Source: Eledone cirrhosa (taxonomy: Eukaryota). From it: a stretch of 64,000 bases of DNA. Below, piece after piece: positions 25,680-39,594 of the stretch. Numbering within the stretch: position 1 is the stretch's first letter; each line of letters starts with the position of its first letter. Under the pieces are notes generated by a model, which was not told where the DNA came from, did not search any database, and saw only the letters and a list, made by a program, of their open reading frames with translations. A program made the position numbers and the translations under genes. The stretch lies in contig OZ024742.1 of the NCBI GenBank assembly GCA_964016885.1, positions 268,646,001 through 268,710,000 of the forward strand, read 5' to 3'.

Positions 25680-27147
25680 AATGGTAAAGAAAGATGGGTA
25701 CAGGGTCAGCCCCCCCCCCCACACACACACACACCTAATAATATGGAGCCTCGGCGCCTATGTACCGTGTCTTATCGAACAATTAATGTAAAATCGCGCC
25801 GAGTGGAACGAGCATCCGAGTCCCAAATCCAAAAGGCTTTGGGACATGTGTGGGCAAAAAAACCCATATCAGACATGTGCAGAAATATGGAACCGTGGAC
25901 GTTCTCTTTGAAGCACCAGAGAAGGCTAGAGAACACTCCATGGCCCCATTCAGAAGTGACGACTTCACACTCGTCCCAAGCTATTGTGGCCAGAGACTCG
26001 TAAAGATCAGGGTAACCCACGTTCCACCGGCCATCGAAATTCCCTGGCTAATAGAGCCGTCCTCGCCGGCATCGAAGCCAACACCAAGATAATAGAAATT
26101 GCGAAAGAAAAGCAGGAGAACTGGTCCGGATCTGGGATGGAGCTCCTGATCCAAGCGGACCAAAAAAGCATTGAGATCCCAGAGGTAATAGACCTCACTG
26201 ACGGCAGCCACCTCACCGTAATTGTCGAGGGCAGAAGGCCTAGGTGTGTCGTTTGTGGTGAAGAAAACCACCTAAGGGCTTTCTGCCATCAGGCAAAAAT
26301 GATGAGGCCACCTCTCCCACCCACCCCAGTGACACAACCATCAACACCACCAGCAGCAGAGATGGCAGCAACAACAGAAGCAATTGTAACAGCAACAACC
26401 CCAGCAAGAGTAGCAAAACCAACACCACCACCACCCAACGCGCCAGAACTAGCACCAGCGCCTACACCATCCACCACGCCACAACCAAAACTAACACCTG
26501 TGCAGGATTTTCCACTTCCCGGCCTATCACAACTGGAGACAGATTGTGATGATGAGGAGTGGGAAACTGTATCAGGAAATAAGAAAAAAAGAAACAAAAA
26601 AGAAAAAAAATATTTTCCTTCCCCCTCCAAAAACAATATAAAGAGGGAAACAAATAAACTATCAAACAAAAAAGTTATGACAGACATGCCACCATCCACA
26701 CCAGCATCACCAATCCCATCACCACAAATACCAACACCATCACCATCATTAACCCCAACACCACCATCACCTATACCACAAAAGTCACCAAAATACGAAA
26801 CAGAAACAAACCCACAACAAACGCAAACAAAGCAAAACAACCAAAACGATACACACTACACAGCATTAAATTTGAACAACAACCAATTATTACACTACAT
26901 GCAACACAACACCAGCATCAGAGAAAAAGACTTCACAACAACCCAAAAGTTCACACCACCTCCACACATACGAATCACTCGCATCACACAGAAAAGGTAC
27001 ATGGCACTAAAACAAAATTTCCCCAAAGACATCGGAGACTTCCAACAAGCACTCTCCAGGAATATTTATAAGGACATCCTTCCTGAGGAGGCCACAAGCA
27101 GTGAAAAGGATGGAGAAACCGTCCTTCCTCTACGAGAAGTATGGTAA
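25680..27147 (+). pseudogene. Tx1 ORF1 (gag-like CCHC zinc knuckle, Pro/Thr-rich), frameshifted
   Basis: VIVEGRRPRCVVCGEENHLRAFC (CX2CX4HX4C) in ORF 25984-27147; upstream part lies in other frames, so the start is approximate. Confidence 0.8.
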
Positions 27148-27181
27148 GTGGTCTTTCTCATCTTTTCCACTCCATTTCAAC

Positions 27182-30100
27182 ATGACCTCACTCAGAATAG
27201 GCAGCGTAAATGCGCGTGGTTTGGGGTCGTCATGGAAGCAGGGCCACCTGCTCAACGATCTCAGGTCACTAAACATAGATGTAGTGGCCATCAGCGAGAC
27301 CAGAATCTCCGAAGCACGGGCCTTCGCACCGATCTTCGGCGGCTACGATGAGTACGCATCTCCCAGCCGTCCGGGATCGGGGGGCGGAGTTGCTGTGATT
27401 TTTCGGAGAGGTTTGGATCTTGCCATACGGGCCATCTTCCTGGACACAGAAGGTAAGTTGGTGGTGCTGGATGTGACCAGCTGAGACCGGCAAGCTTTCA
27501 GGTTAGTGGCCGTGTATTCCCCGACAGGAGCAGGGCGGCCTGATTTCTTCCGGCGTCTGGAGACGTTTCTTGGAACCACCCGCTCTTTAGTGTTAGTGAG
27601 CGACTGGAACGGGATCTTAGATGCACGCTGGGACTGTGTGGGATTAGCGGATAGGGAAGGAAAGTACAATAATCTCACCAACCTGCTCAGGCGTTTTGAA
27701 CTGTCTGATAGGTACCGATTAGGATTTCCCGAATGTGCCAATGTGGACTTGGACAAATCGCATAGGGTGATCCAGATCATATCTAGATAGGGTATTTTGT
27801 AGGGAAATAAATAGTCTAGCATAAGCTGTGATCTGTGTGCTTGACTTAGATAGGCTTCATAGACGAGGAGCCGGCTACTGGAAGCTAAACGCGTCCTTAC
27901 CAGCGCGCAAGGCCTACAGAGACCGGATTAGCGAACTAGTTAAGCGAGTGTTGACGCGGGCCATCGTCAACAACAAGTGGTGGTTTGCTCTGAAAAGAGC
28001 AATTAGAATAGAGTCCATTAGGTTTAGTAACGCTTTAGCAATAGAGAAAAATAGAGCAGGGGGAGAATTAGTTAGAAAATTAGACGAGGCGCTTAGCAAA
28101 GGCATCGCGACCGACGTACTTGCGGCGAAATTGGCCCTTGACCAATTCTTCAATGCAAAGCACGAAGGCTGCGTTGTCAGAGCTAGGGTGGGTGCTCTCA
28201 GACACCATGGGACGAAAGCCGTTCAATGGGCCCGAGTGGCGGATGCGCGTCGTGTGAACAAAGCTTCGATACGGTCTTTTTTGGACCACGACGGGCGCAT
28301 GCTACACGATCCCGGGCAAATGTGTGAAGCTTTTCAGCGACACTTCGCACAGCTGTTCGGGGGCAGCGGCGGGCCGGATTGAGGGATGGACTTTAGTGTC
28401 TACCTCGACGGACTGCCGCGGCTCTCGGCCACTGAGGCGGAGTGTTGCGAAAAGCCGATGAAAGCCGTTGAAGTACGGGAGGCAATGACTGGCTGCACAA
28501 GGGGTAAATCGCCTGGTTTGGATGGTCTGCCCTATGAACTTTACGTACAGATGCCAGACTTGTTCGGGCATCTACTGCAACTGGCAACAGAACGGGAGAA
28601 TTCCTAGCTCTGTGAGCCGAGGAGCTGTGGCGCTGCTGAGAAAGGATCCGAACAAGGGGGATAACAGATAATTTCAGGCCCATAACTCTGCTAAACACAG
28701 AGTTCAAGATTTTGGCCAAGGTGCTAGCAAAAATGTTGGCGCTTGTCGTTGGTGGTCTGGTGGGAGAGGCGCAGACATGCGCCATTCCCGACAGATCCAT
28801 CCACGACAACCTCCACCTCATGCGATACATCGTAGAAAGAGTAGCTAGGGAACCTGGTACGGGTGGGTCCTTGATCAATTTAGATCAGTCGAAAGCTTTC
28901 GATAGGGTCGACCATCGTTACCTAACGGCAGTCCTGAGGGCGGCTGGCTTTGGGCCCATCTTCAGAGTCTGGATCGCAGCTATGCATAGCGACATCTGCT
29001 CTGTGGTGAGAGTGAACGGTCACCTTTCGGAACCGTTTAGCATCATGCGCTCGGTCCTTCAAGGATGTCCCCTCTCATCCCTCTTGTACGTATTGACTCT
29101 CGAGCCATTACTGCACAAACCGGAGACGTTGAGGTGGGTCCCGTGCGAACTAGGATGCGGAAGATCCGTGTCAGAATATGCGGACGATGTCACCTTAGTG
29201 GTGTCGAACGCCAAACACTTCGAGGCGATCGGCAATACACTAAGGGAATACGAAGCGGTGACAGGAGCAATGATCAACCAGGAAAAGTCAGTGGGCATGC
29301 AGCTCGGAACCTGGAGAGGCAGATCCATGCCGTCCAACAGCGTCGTCGGGCGCTGGACGGACGGACCGGTTAAATTGCTAGGGGTCTGGTTCGGTCCGGA
29401 CCACCAGTCGGACAAAAACTGGGACGAGGTGTCGAGCAGGGTGGCTTCTCTTACCTAGAAATGGGCGGAGAGGAAGCTATCCCTGAAAGGTCGAGCGGCG
29501 GTGGCTAACGCGTACATCGCGTCCGTCATCTTCTACCGGCTGACCGTCGTACCTTGTCCTAATCCCCGCCTGACTGCGTTGGAGCGTTTGCTCTTTCGAT
29601 TTTTGTGGAAGGGACGCGCTCCGATAGTCAGGCGGTCCATCTGCTGTCAACACCCGCTACGTCGAGGGCAGGGCATGCCGTGGCTGATGATGCGCAGACA
29701 CGCGCTCAGGCTACGACATCTCCAACTCTTCCTCAACGGTGATCAGGTGTGGTCGCCATTTGCTAGACACGTCTTTCCCCAGCTCGTCTCCTTGACGGAG
29801 CTTCAGACCTGAGTCAAGCGAAGACTGGGAAGGAGAGTTTGGAGACTGGAATGTGTTCAGGCGCTCACAGCCCTCGACCAATCGGGCAATGTGATCGGTG
29901 GAAATTCCACCTTGGCGTTCTATAGAGGATTAGTGGAGGGTAAGAGCGACGACATACTTGGAGAAACTCTAGGCGCCGACGAAAATCAACTAGCCAATCT
30001 CTTCGGAAGGAATTTCGGGCCGGGGCCTATGGACAACTTCCAGAAATCCCTGGCCTGGCAGTGCTACCGAGGAGCTTTGCCAGTTCGGGATAAACTCTAC

Positions 30101-30543
30101 AGGCATCGAGGTGCCGTCACCGGGCATGTCCGAGATGCGTGCATGGCGACGAAACCGTCCTGCACGCACTCTTCCAGTGTCAGTGCATTGCTGACTTATG
30201 GGTTTATGTCGAACACCTGCTGTCACGTGTAGGACGGATCCAGCTATCAGCTGAGTCCATCGTGAGGATTGCCCCGCCATCTACCTTCAGCCGGGAAGGG
30301 CAGGCAGTTTTTATCTGTCTGGTGGCCATGGCGAAAGAGATAGTATGGTGGACACGTTTGAAAGGGCTGAAGACGAGCACTTACCGCTTCGGTGATGCCC
30401 TGATTAACTTTTTCAAATTTCATTTGAAAAGCAAAATCAGGGTAGAGAGGGAAGTCCTCTCTTCCCAGAATGTTTTTGAAAGATGGGTGAGAGAAGCAAG
30501 TATGGCCCGTGTGAATGGGCCTACTCTGAGTATGTGTCTGTAA
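27182..30543 (+). pseudogene. Tx1 ORF2 (APE endonuclease plus reverse transcriptase), multiple stops and frameshifts
   Basis: MTSLRIGSVNARGL, ISET, SDWN, YWKLN, LDQSKAFDRVDH, QGCPLS, YADD, HALFQC. Confidence 0.92.
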
Positions 30544-30786
30544 ATTAAAGGTGGGAAACTGGTAGAGGGCACTTGCCCTGGTGGTCAGGGTCACTGTGGA
30601 CTTTTAATGGGCTTTCTCCACAAATGTTCCTCGGAAGTCTCCCCCCTATTGGGGAATTTTTCTTTGTTATTTTATTACATCCTCTGTTATTTTTACACGC
30701 AGAAATGCCCATCTGTACCGTCCTGTATTGTCCTTTACTGTCCTTAATGTCTATTTTATGTAAACCCTTGTGGTTAATAAAGAAAA

Positions 30787-30830
<44 letters not shown>

Positions 30831-30831
30831 G

Positions 30832-31810
30832 TTCATTGAGTCTCACTCATTGGTGTTATTTAACTGGAAAGTTTGTAGAAATGAATATCAAACCGCTACC
30901 TGCAGCCTCAGATATTCAGGACGTATCGGAGGTGGAGGGTCTTGCTGTTCCCAGCAAGCATGCCTTTTGAAACGTTCCAAAAAGCGTGGCGGGGCCAATT
31001 TTCTTTAACCATCCATGGACACTTTTTGAGATAGTACCTCGTGCGCCTATGGGACCACTTTGACTTCATGGCAGTTCCATATCCTTTTTACCTCCCATTT
31101 TAAGTCCTGGCATCGGTTAATTTTCTCCCTCTCTTTCGCTTGCACTCTCGTGTCGAATGGGCAGGCCACATCCACATTCATGCACGATCTTTATTCCTTG
31201 TCCAAAACCACCAGGTCAGGTCTATTGTGTTCCAGTTTCTTGTTCGTCTGTATCCTAAAATCCCATAGCTCCTTCACCTGATCATTTTCTATCACCGACT
31301 CTGGCTTATGCTCATACCACTTCTCAGAATGTAGTAAATTGATTACTTTGCATAGGTGCCAGTGGGTCACCCTGCCTTTATAACGAGTCTGGGCTAGGTG
31401 TTTACACTGGAATGCAATGTGAGCCACAGTCTCATCTCTCTCTCTCTCCACAGATCATGCACAGTTGGCTAGCCTTCTTCTTGTAAATATGGTGTTTCAG
31501 CCACTTCGTTTTGAGGGCTTGCTCTTGCGCAGCCATTAGCATTCCTTCTGTAGCCTTTTTATGTAGTTCCATGTCTTTGGATCTCTGAATTCCGTTTTCT
31601 CAAAGAAGGTACTATGAAGGGATTTTTCATGAAGGCTGCTCTTTCTCATTGTTGTTATTTCCTCCTTGGACATCCCCTGGTCTATTGGCCTCTCCTTCAG
31701 TACAATTCTGAGCATTGGCTCCTCACTATCGGTCACGTATTTGTGTAGGTTTTTTTTCTCCATCTGAATACAGTCCTCTATGCTGATAAGACCTCTTCCA
31801 TATTCAGATC
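30832..31810 (-). mobile_element. R4/Dong family A, second copy (more truncated)
   Basis: Homologous to 18690-19700; WDFRIQTNKKLEHNRPDLVV; (TAA)n on both sides. Confidence 0.9.
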
Positions 31811-31843
<33 letters not shown>

Positions 31844-31865
31844 AGTTGCATTTATCTTGCTTTAT

Positions 31866-33056
31866 GTTCATACGAGTTATCACCAAGTCACAACCAGTGA
31901 CCTCAAGAGACAACACGGTCCGCCATGTTCAAGAAAGAACATACATACTCACACATGCATCTTTAGTGTTTAGACTTGTGATGTACTTATATTGACAGAA
32001 TCTTCCTTAGTATATGGGCAGTTCCCATTAGTACTATCTTTTGTATTTCTCCTATACGCGGGTTTCCTGGGATTTGCGATAAGTAATCATTAGACCCCTT
32101 AGGTATCATTCCAAGAGCGCCTACAACCACTGGTATTGTTTTAGTTCTCAATTTCCACAGTTTTCCAATTTCTATCTCCAGGTTCTTATACTTGCTCAAT
32201 TTTTCAAATGTTTTTATAGATACATTCTTGTCTATTGGAACAGACATATCAATTAGCAGGCATACCCTCTTTTTAAAGTCCTTCAATATTATATCAGTTC
32301 TATTTGCATCTATTTTTCGGTCTGTTTGGATGCTAAAGTTCCACAAGATTGATATGTGATCTTTTTCAAGTATGGGAGGTGGTTGATGTTCCCACCAATT
32401 CTTTTGATGGTGCAGGTCAAAATGCTTACACATTATCCAATGTATGTATTGTGAAGCTCTGTCAGGCCTGTTTAGGTATTCGGTTGGAGCTATAGGACTG
32501 CACATTGAAATTATATGGTCAATTGTCTCTGGTTGTTTTTTGCATACACGGCATAATGGGCTGCATCCATTTTTTATTATGTTGGCTTGGTAATTTTTTG
32601 TTGGCAGACACTGATCTTGTGCTGATATAATCAGTCCTTCAGTCTCCGATTTCAGTCCAGAGGATGCCAACCACTGATGGGTTAAAGTTTTGTCAACATC
32701 AGGATTGTTAGCTCGCTCTGGGTATTTTCCATACAGAGGCTCTTCTTGCCATTTCTTAGCCAGTTTCTGTAGCAGTTCTTTCTTTGCAGTTACTTTTAAC
32801 TGCTTTGCTTTTTCTGTCTTTTCCATTTCAGCAGTAAATGGGACTTCTGAAATTTGTAGTCCATTACTGTATCTTTGTGCATCTTTTTTAATGGAATATG
32901 ATCTTTTGATGCTTTCGTGTTTCAAAACGAGTTTGATCATCCAATCATGTGATTCCCTTAGATATGTAGATAATCCAATTGTTGCAGTTTTCAACGCAAT
33001 GTCTAACTGGATTAACCCACGTCCTCCTTCTTTCCTAGGGAGATATATTATATCTA

Positions 33057-33057
<1 letters not shown>
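31866..33057 (-). mobile_element. R4/Dong family B, second copy (5'-truncated; open 335-aa CCHC plus RLE segment 31987-32994)
   Basis: CRVCKKQPETIDHIISMC, RTDII...IDMSVP, KLSKY; homologous to 20897-22080. Confidence 0.92.
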
Positions 33058-33087
<30 letters not shown>

Positions 33088-33103
33088 GTAGTTGTTATTA
33101 TTA

Positions 33104-35965
33104 TTGGCGACTTACACAGGAAAACATTTTTATCGTGAGCCCCTAAAGGTTTGTTGTTTTCAACTGTTTTGAATTGACATTTATGGAAAATGTTTTTGTT
33201 TAACTTTACATAACTTAATATATATTCTTTTCTGAAATGGACACTCAATAATATTCGTGCCTTGAGCCCAAAATTTAAACTTTATTTTGTCAAACAGACA
33301 ATTTAAAAATAAATACATAGACGTTATACGCCTCAGCTAATTATGCCAGGTGTAACGCTGACAGCAGCTGTAACGTAGACACTACTACCACGCCCACCAT
33401 CGTGAACTTTGATATAATTGCCAAAACCGATAACATTTTCGCCAAGAACATCAGCAACAGTACCAGCAATAGCAGACGCCAAAGTTTGTCACGTGCAGAC
33501 GTAAACTTCCCGCCTTTGCCAATGTCTACAGGTGCTAAAGCCGCCATGCACCGCCACAATATCGAAGAGTACATATAACGCAACTGATACCCCCCTCTCC
33601 AACCACTACCGCAGCAACAGCTGAACCAAAAAATAATAATAACAAAAATAACAATAACAACACCAGCAACAGCAACAACAACAACAATAATAAGAAGAAG
33701 AAGAACAACAACACCAGTGCAAAACGAAATGTGTCTTTTGCCAAATCGGCGAATAAGATCGAACGGATTGCGGTGAAGCCAGGAAAATGTATGGTGAAAA
33801 AAATAGTTAAAGTATCAGCCTCACTCCTCCGTCAAATACCATGCAGCCGTCCTCACCGACATCGAGGCCGACACAAAGGTGATCGAGGTGATAAGAATAA
33901 AAGAAGAGAAATGTTACGGATCCGGAATGGAGCTCCTGATCTAAGCGGACCAGAAAAACATCCAAGAGATTCCAGTGATAGACCTCGATGACGGCAGCCA
34001 CCTTACCGTAATCGTTGAAGGTAGAAGGCTTTGGTGTGTGGTTTGTGGCAGCATATGTAGCAACAACGATAACAAGACGAAATCCACCACCGCCCAATGC
34101 TCACCGCACCAGAAGTAACATCAACAGTTTCAGCATCCACTAAATATCAACCAACACCAACTCCTGGGGTGGACATTCCAATCCCCGACTTCTCCCAACT
34201 AGAAACGGGCTCTGAGGTAGAGGAGGGGTGGGGAACTGTATCTGTAAAAAAGAAACCAGAAAAGAAAGTACCCTCTTCGTTCACCTCCAAAACAAGAAAT
34301 TTAAGGCAGCTACCCCACCACCAACACCAGCAGCACCAGCCTCATCACCACAAGCACTAACACCATCACCATCATCAACCGTAACACTACCATCACTAAC
34401 ACCATACAAAACACCAACATGCGAAACAGAAAAAAACCTACAACAAATGCAAACAAAACAAAGCATGAAAACCGAAATACGCAACACTGTATTAATCTTG
34501 AACCATAAACAATTATTACACTACACCCAACACAACACCAGAATCACAGAGACAAATTATACAACGCCCTAAAGTTCACACCACCCTCACACATAGAAAT
34601 CACTCGTATCACACAGACATCATACACAACACTCAAATTAAAGTTCCCAAAATATATCGGAGATTCCTTCACTCACTTTCCGGGAGGATATATAAGGACA
34701 TCATCCCGGAGCGGGCAACAAACAGTCAGAAGGACGGAAAAAACAATCCTTCCTCCACAAGAACTGAGGTAAATTGTATTTCCCATCTTTTGCCACTCCT
34801 TTTCAACATGACTCAGAATTATCAGCATGAATGCACGTGGCCTGAGGTCGTTTTGTAAGCAGGGTCACCTGCTTAACAATCTCAGGTCAATGTGTTGGCC
34901 ATCAGTGAGACCAGAATTTCCGATTCACATGCGTTCGCACCCATGCTCGGCGCTTTCGATGTATACGGATCTCCAAGCCGGCCGGGATCGGAGGCAGAGT
35001 CGCTGTGTTGTTTCGCAGAAGCCTAGATTTCGTGATATGGAGGATCTTCCAGGACACAGATTCTAAGTCGCTGGTAATGGATGTAACCAGCAACGAATGC
35101 TATGCTCTTTGGCTACTGGTTGTTTATGCCCACGACAGGGGCAGGACGGCCTGATTTCTTCATGCAACTGGAGGTATTCCTAAGAACGTTCCGCACTTAA
35201 ATGTTAGTGGGTGATTGGAACGGCATCTTGGATGCACGCTTGGATTAGCATCTTGGATTAGCGCAGAGGGGTGGAGGGTGTAAGCCTCGCAAACCTGCTC
35301 AGACGTTTCTAACTCTCTAACAGGTACCGACTGGATTTCCCGAATGTGCCAATGTGCACATGGACAAACCGCATCAGTTCATCCAGATAGTATCTAGACA
35401 GGTTATTTTGTAGGGAAATACATAGGTCTAGCATCAAGATAGTCAACTACACGGACCACAAATTCGTGCTCGGTGTAGTCGACTTAGATAGACTTCATAG
35501 CCATAGTTCCAGCTACTGGAAGCTAATCGCATCGTTGACAGCGAGTAAAGCTTACAGAGACCGGATTAGCGAACTAGTTAAGCAGGCGTTGACGGTGGCA
35601 ATAGTCTACAACAAATGGTGACTTGCCCTGAAAAGGGCAATTAGAATGAAGTTCATTAGATTTAGTAATGCGTGAGAAATAGAGAAAAATAGTGCAGAGG
35701 GAGAAATAGTTAGGGATAACAAATTAGACGAGGCGCTTAGTAGAGGCATCGTGACCGACGTGCTTGCGGCGAAATTGGCCCTCAACCAATTCTTCAACGC
35801 AAAGAAGGAAGGCTGCGTTTTCAGAGCTAGGGTGCAGAATTGTCCCATGTTTCGTTTTTTTATTTCCTTTGTTCCTTTTTTATTTAAACGCAGAAATGGC
35901 CATTCGTACCGTCCTATGCTTACCTTAATTTTATACTTTATGTCAACCCTTGTTGTTAAAAAAGA
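33104..35965 (+). mobile_element. Tx1-clade LINE, decayed, internally deleted (5' UTR, ORF1, EN joined to 3' UTR near 35835)
   Basis: 5' end homologous to 25003; MNARGL; VLAAKLALNQFFNAK..GCVFRARV then a jump to 3' UTR-like ACGCAGAAATGGCCAT. Confidence 0.85.
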
Positions 35966-36599
35966 AAGAATTCTTCTTCTTCTTCTCATTATTATTATTT
36001 TTATTGCCGTTATTAGCATTATCATTATTAAATTTTACTAACTTGAAAATATAGCAACTCAAATTTCAAGAAGTTGTTGTTCTTGTTTACAGTTTAATGT
36101 AGTAAACGCTATAGGCAAAACATCACTAATTAATTAAAATTTCTTTTAATATCAGAATTTCTTTACATTATGAAATGTCCTTGCTTCGTCAAGAGTCTTT
36201 AAGAATTGCCTTTAGAAGTTCTATTTCTATCTTTCCACTTAAATTGAAATTTTCGTTACTTAAAAAATGTTGAGTTTTGCATTTGTATCATCAACTATTA
36301 AAATAATTTGCTTCAGGGATGTTTGATCTGAGGATTCCATCACAGGTAAAACAAAAACGGCAACCACTACAGATATGTGATATAAGTGATAAGTAGACAA
36401 AATTATCAGTTATAAAATAATATTCTACTTGATATATCGTAACATGCAGAGAGCATCATGTTACATTCGTGAATTTTCTCAAGAATCAAATTTCAACGTC
36501 ATAATATATGTTTAGCTTACAAGAACCTCCTCAAAGAATGTTCCCAAATTTGCCGCTCGCCACTCCTCGAGCTGCCATTAAAATATTCAGGAAATAAAT

Positions 36600-38100
36600 A
36601 AAATGTTTTATTCATGTAGAATTCGAATAACTTACACGCATTTACCATTTTATTGTCTTCGATCAAAGAGTTTCCTGGCTTTACTGTTCCTTACATTATT
36701 TTCAATGGGGCCTACCAAGCTTTCCAAAGCTTTTGTATCTGTAGGGATTTGTACTGATGCATTCCCATTACACCGTCCCCAGTTTTCAAGAGGTGTAAAT
36801 AAAATGTTCCCTGTCGGCGTTGTGCCCTATAAAATCTGAAATAGCAATATAGGTTAAATTGATAAATAACGATTTGCATTTTATCTCCGTGAATCCCTGT
36901 CTTTTCTCATTTTTTGGCCAATGCAACTTCCGGAGTACAGAACAATTTGAAAGACTTCTACTGTTTGACATATCAATTGACATTACCAAACTAATTGGCC
37001 GTGGATAAATTTAAGATCCTTTGGTTATGATGTAACCTTAGGTGCTGAAGCTTATCAAATACTACTACATTGAAGTGAAGAACAGGTTATAATTATTGTA
37101 AGTGCAGTCATTCTTGCCAACATCAATGACCTATTTGTTTTCACCACACATTCCTGTACTCATAACTGTATGTTCTAATCCATTGTGTGATCCAGTAAAT
37201 TTATGTAAGTATAGCTTCAAATATAGGATAAAATCTATCATGAGTCAGGTTATATGTGGATCTAAGCAACATCAATATGATTATTTATTCCCCCACAACT
37301 TATTTTATGCACCCAATTTATGCAGCTATGCTTAAACGAGGACAAGGAACCTTTTCGAATAAAGATACGACAATCTCGCCTCATTCAACATAAATGATCA
37401 GAGAGAAACATATTTTAAGCCAGTGTCTAGCCTTCGAAAATATATAATTTTACCCAAAATAGGTCAACTCAACTTTGAAAATTTAGTCTTCTCAGTAAGA
37501 ATCAGAACTTGCATATTCCTACTCAGTTCTTGACTCCAAACGATTCTCAAATAAATCTAAATATTGTGTAAAAGTCCCCACCTACTATACAATCTGAGAA
37601 GATAATGTCTTTGATAAAACATTATCACCACAGTCTCATTATTTATAATTACAATGACATCATTTTCTTGAAACATTCTCCTCACAAACTACATTGAATC
37701 ATGCACGTTCACATATTTTGTACTAATATTGTCAGGCATATTTTAGGATTTCCCTTGGAAAATAAATTGTCTTTATTACACAACGCCTCCACACGGGAAT
37801 ATGTAATTCATACAAATATATTTCTCCGTCGCTTTTGTCTTGCACACCTTAAATTAATTTGTTCACGATGAACATCAACTCATAGCAAGAAATGTATCTT
37901 CTCTGCGGCATTAGAATAAACGTTATTTCCACACCTCAATAAATTATCCTCTACCAAGCTCAGAAAACAAAAACATGAGAATACTGGTCCCATATGTGAA
38001 TGTCACAACTGGCGCTCACATTGAAATATTCTGTCAAAAGCTATATCTACTAAGCTACTCCCGAAACTTGCTTCTTCTATTCTCAATAACACAACAAAAC
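36600..38100 (-). mobile_element. Possible very old hAT-type transposase relic
   Basis: Only weak, frameshifted resemblances to hAT motifs in plausible order; no ORF. Confidence 0.2.
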
Positions 38101-39039
38101 GTTACACTGATATGAAGATATATATTAGTTTATCACTCGATGCAGTAGGAAAAGGAGATTTAATATTTCACCAGAAGATAGCTTGAGAAATACAAAGATA
38201 AAGAAGAAGACAAGCAGAGAAGAGAATGAGATGGATGATTAAGAGAATAGAAAGTAAAGTTGAAATAAGTCCAAGAATGTTGATATAATGCAAAGTGCAA
38301 TGAAAAAATTCCAGTGATACGAAGAGATATCCAGGTAGATTTCCAGCTAGATTCCAAGTAAAATCCAGGTTTAGGGTGAAAACATAAGGTAGGAATCCAA
38401 CGAATTTATGGTGACTTTGGGAGCGTTGCTATATACATATAAATGCGAAGGTAAACGGAAAGCAACCCAGCAAAACGATAGAGTAAACTGTAGATATATA
38501 ATAGTTTAACACTTTATACAATAGGAAAAGTGTCTTAAGGTTTCGGACGTTAGACATTCATCATGAACTAGAATGAGAAATAGAAGAGGAAGAAACGATA
38601 CTTGGTGTGAAGGAAACACAATAGTGTGAAGGATAATTGTGGGAATGGGATAGTGAGAGGTAGAGGTGGTGAATCGTGGGGTGTTGGAATAATGAAAAAA
38701 AAATGAAACATACTAGTGATCCGAAGGGAGGACTTAGTAGATGTTCGAGAACAGGCCTGCTAGAATCCAGTGCCTGGCTAAAGATCTACGTTACGATTCC
38801 AAACAAAGCAGCTTATTTCTTGCGATGGAATGCTGCCAATAGAAACACACGCATCCGTTAGTTTTCACTTGAAATTGTTACAAATTTCCGGTTGGTTCTT
38901 TCAATAACCGGATGGTTGTTTATTCATCGTTAACGATCTTTCGTCGCACATTTTGTGACCCCTTCGGTGACTAATTTGTTATTTTGTGTCCCGCCTTTGT
39001 TCTGTCCTACACCATCAGTATTTGCGTCCTATTATTAAT

Positions 39040-39211
39040 TGTTTCTACTTTAGGCACAAGGCCAGCAATTACCCATTGCATTACTGGTACTTTATTTTAT
39101 CGACACCGTAAGGATGAAAGGCAAAGGGATTTGAACTCAGATCGTAAAGGGACGTAACTATGCTGGAAAGCATGGCGTCCGACCCTCTACCGATACTGCC
39201 AATCCACCGCC
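39040..39211 (-). mobile_element. tRNA-derived SINE, full length, with target-site duplication
   Basis: Reverse complement of the 60180-60371 family (small internal deletion). GCGTCCTATTATTAAT at 39024-39039 and 39217-39232. Confidence 0.9.
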
Positions 39212-39440
39212 AATTCGCGTCCTATTATTAATAGTTTCTAACCAGAGTTCTGTGTATAGTACAGGTAATCTATGGTTGGGTTGTTTAGTTGGGCAGTCTC
39301 TGGTAACCTTAATACTCTGGTGTCGAGTTAGCTATTGGCTTGATGGATGCTTTCCATGGTGACTATGTACACCCACTACGTATATGACATAGTATGGAAA
39401 ACAGTCCCGCAGGGGAACTGTCAAGAATTAGAAAGGAACA

Positions 39441-39594
39441 CTTCTTCTCCTTCTTCTTCTTCTTCTTCTTCTTCTTCTTCTTCTTCTTCTTCTTCTTCTT
39501 CTTCTTCTTCTTCTTCTGCTTCTTCTTCTTTTTCTTCTTTTTCTTCTCCACCTCATCCTCCTCCTCCTCCTTCTTATTCTTATTCTTCTTCTTC
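39441..39594. repeat. (TTC)n microsatellite
   Basis: Direct inspection. Confidence 0.95.

Larger units (their letters stand above)
25003..30788 (+). mobile_element. Near full-length Tx1/L1-clade LINE (5' UTR, ORF1, ORF2, 3' UTR) between (TTA)n tracts
   Basis: ORF1 zinc knuckle and ORF2 APE-RT-Cys domains; 5' end is homologous to 33104 onward. Confidence 0.93.
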
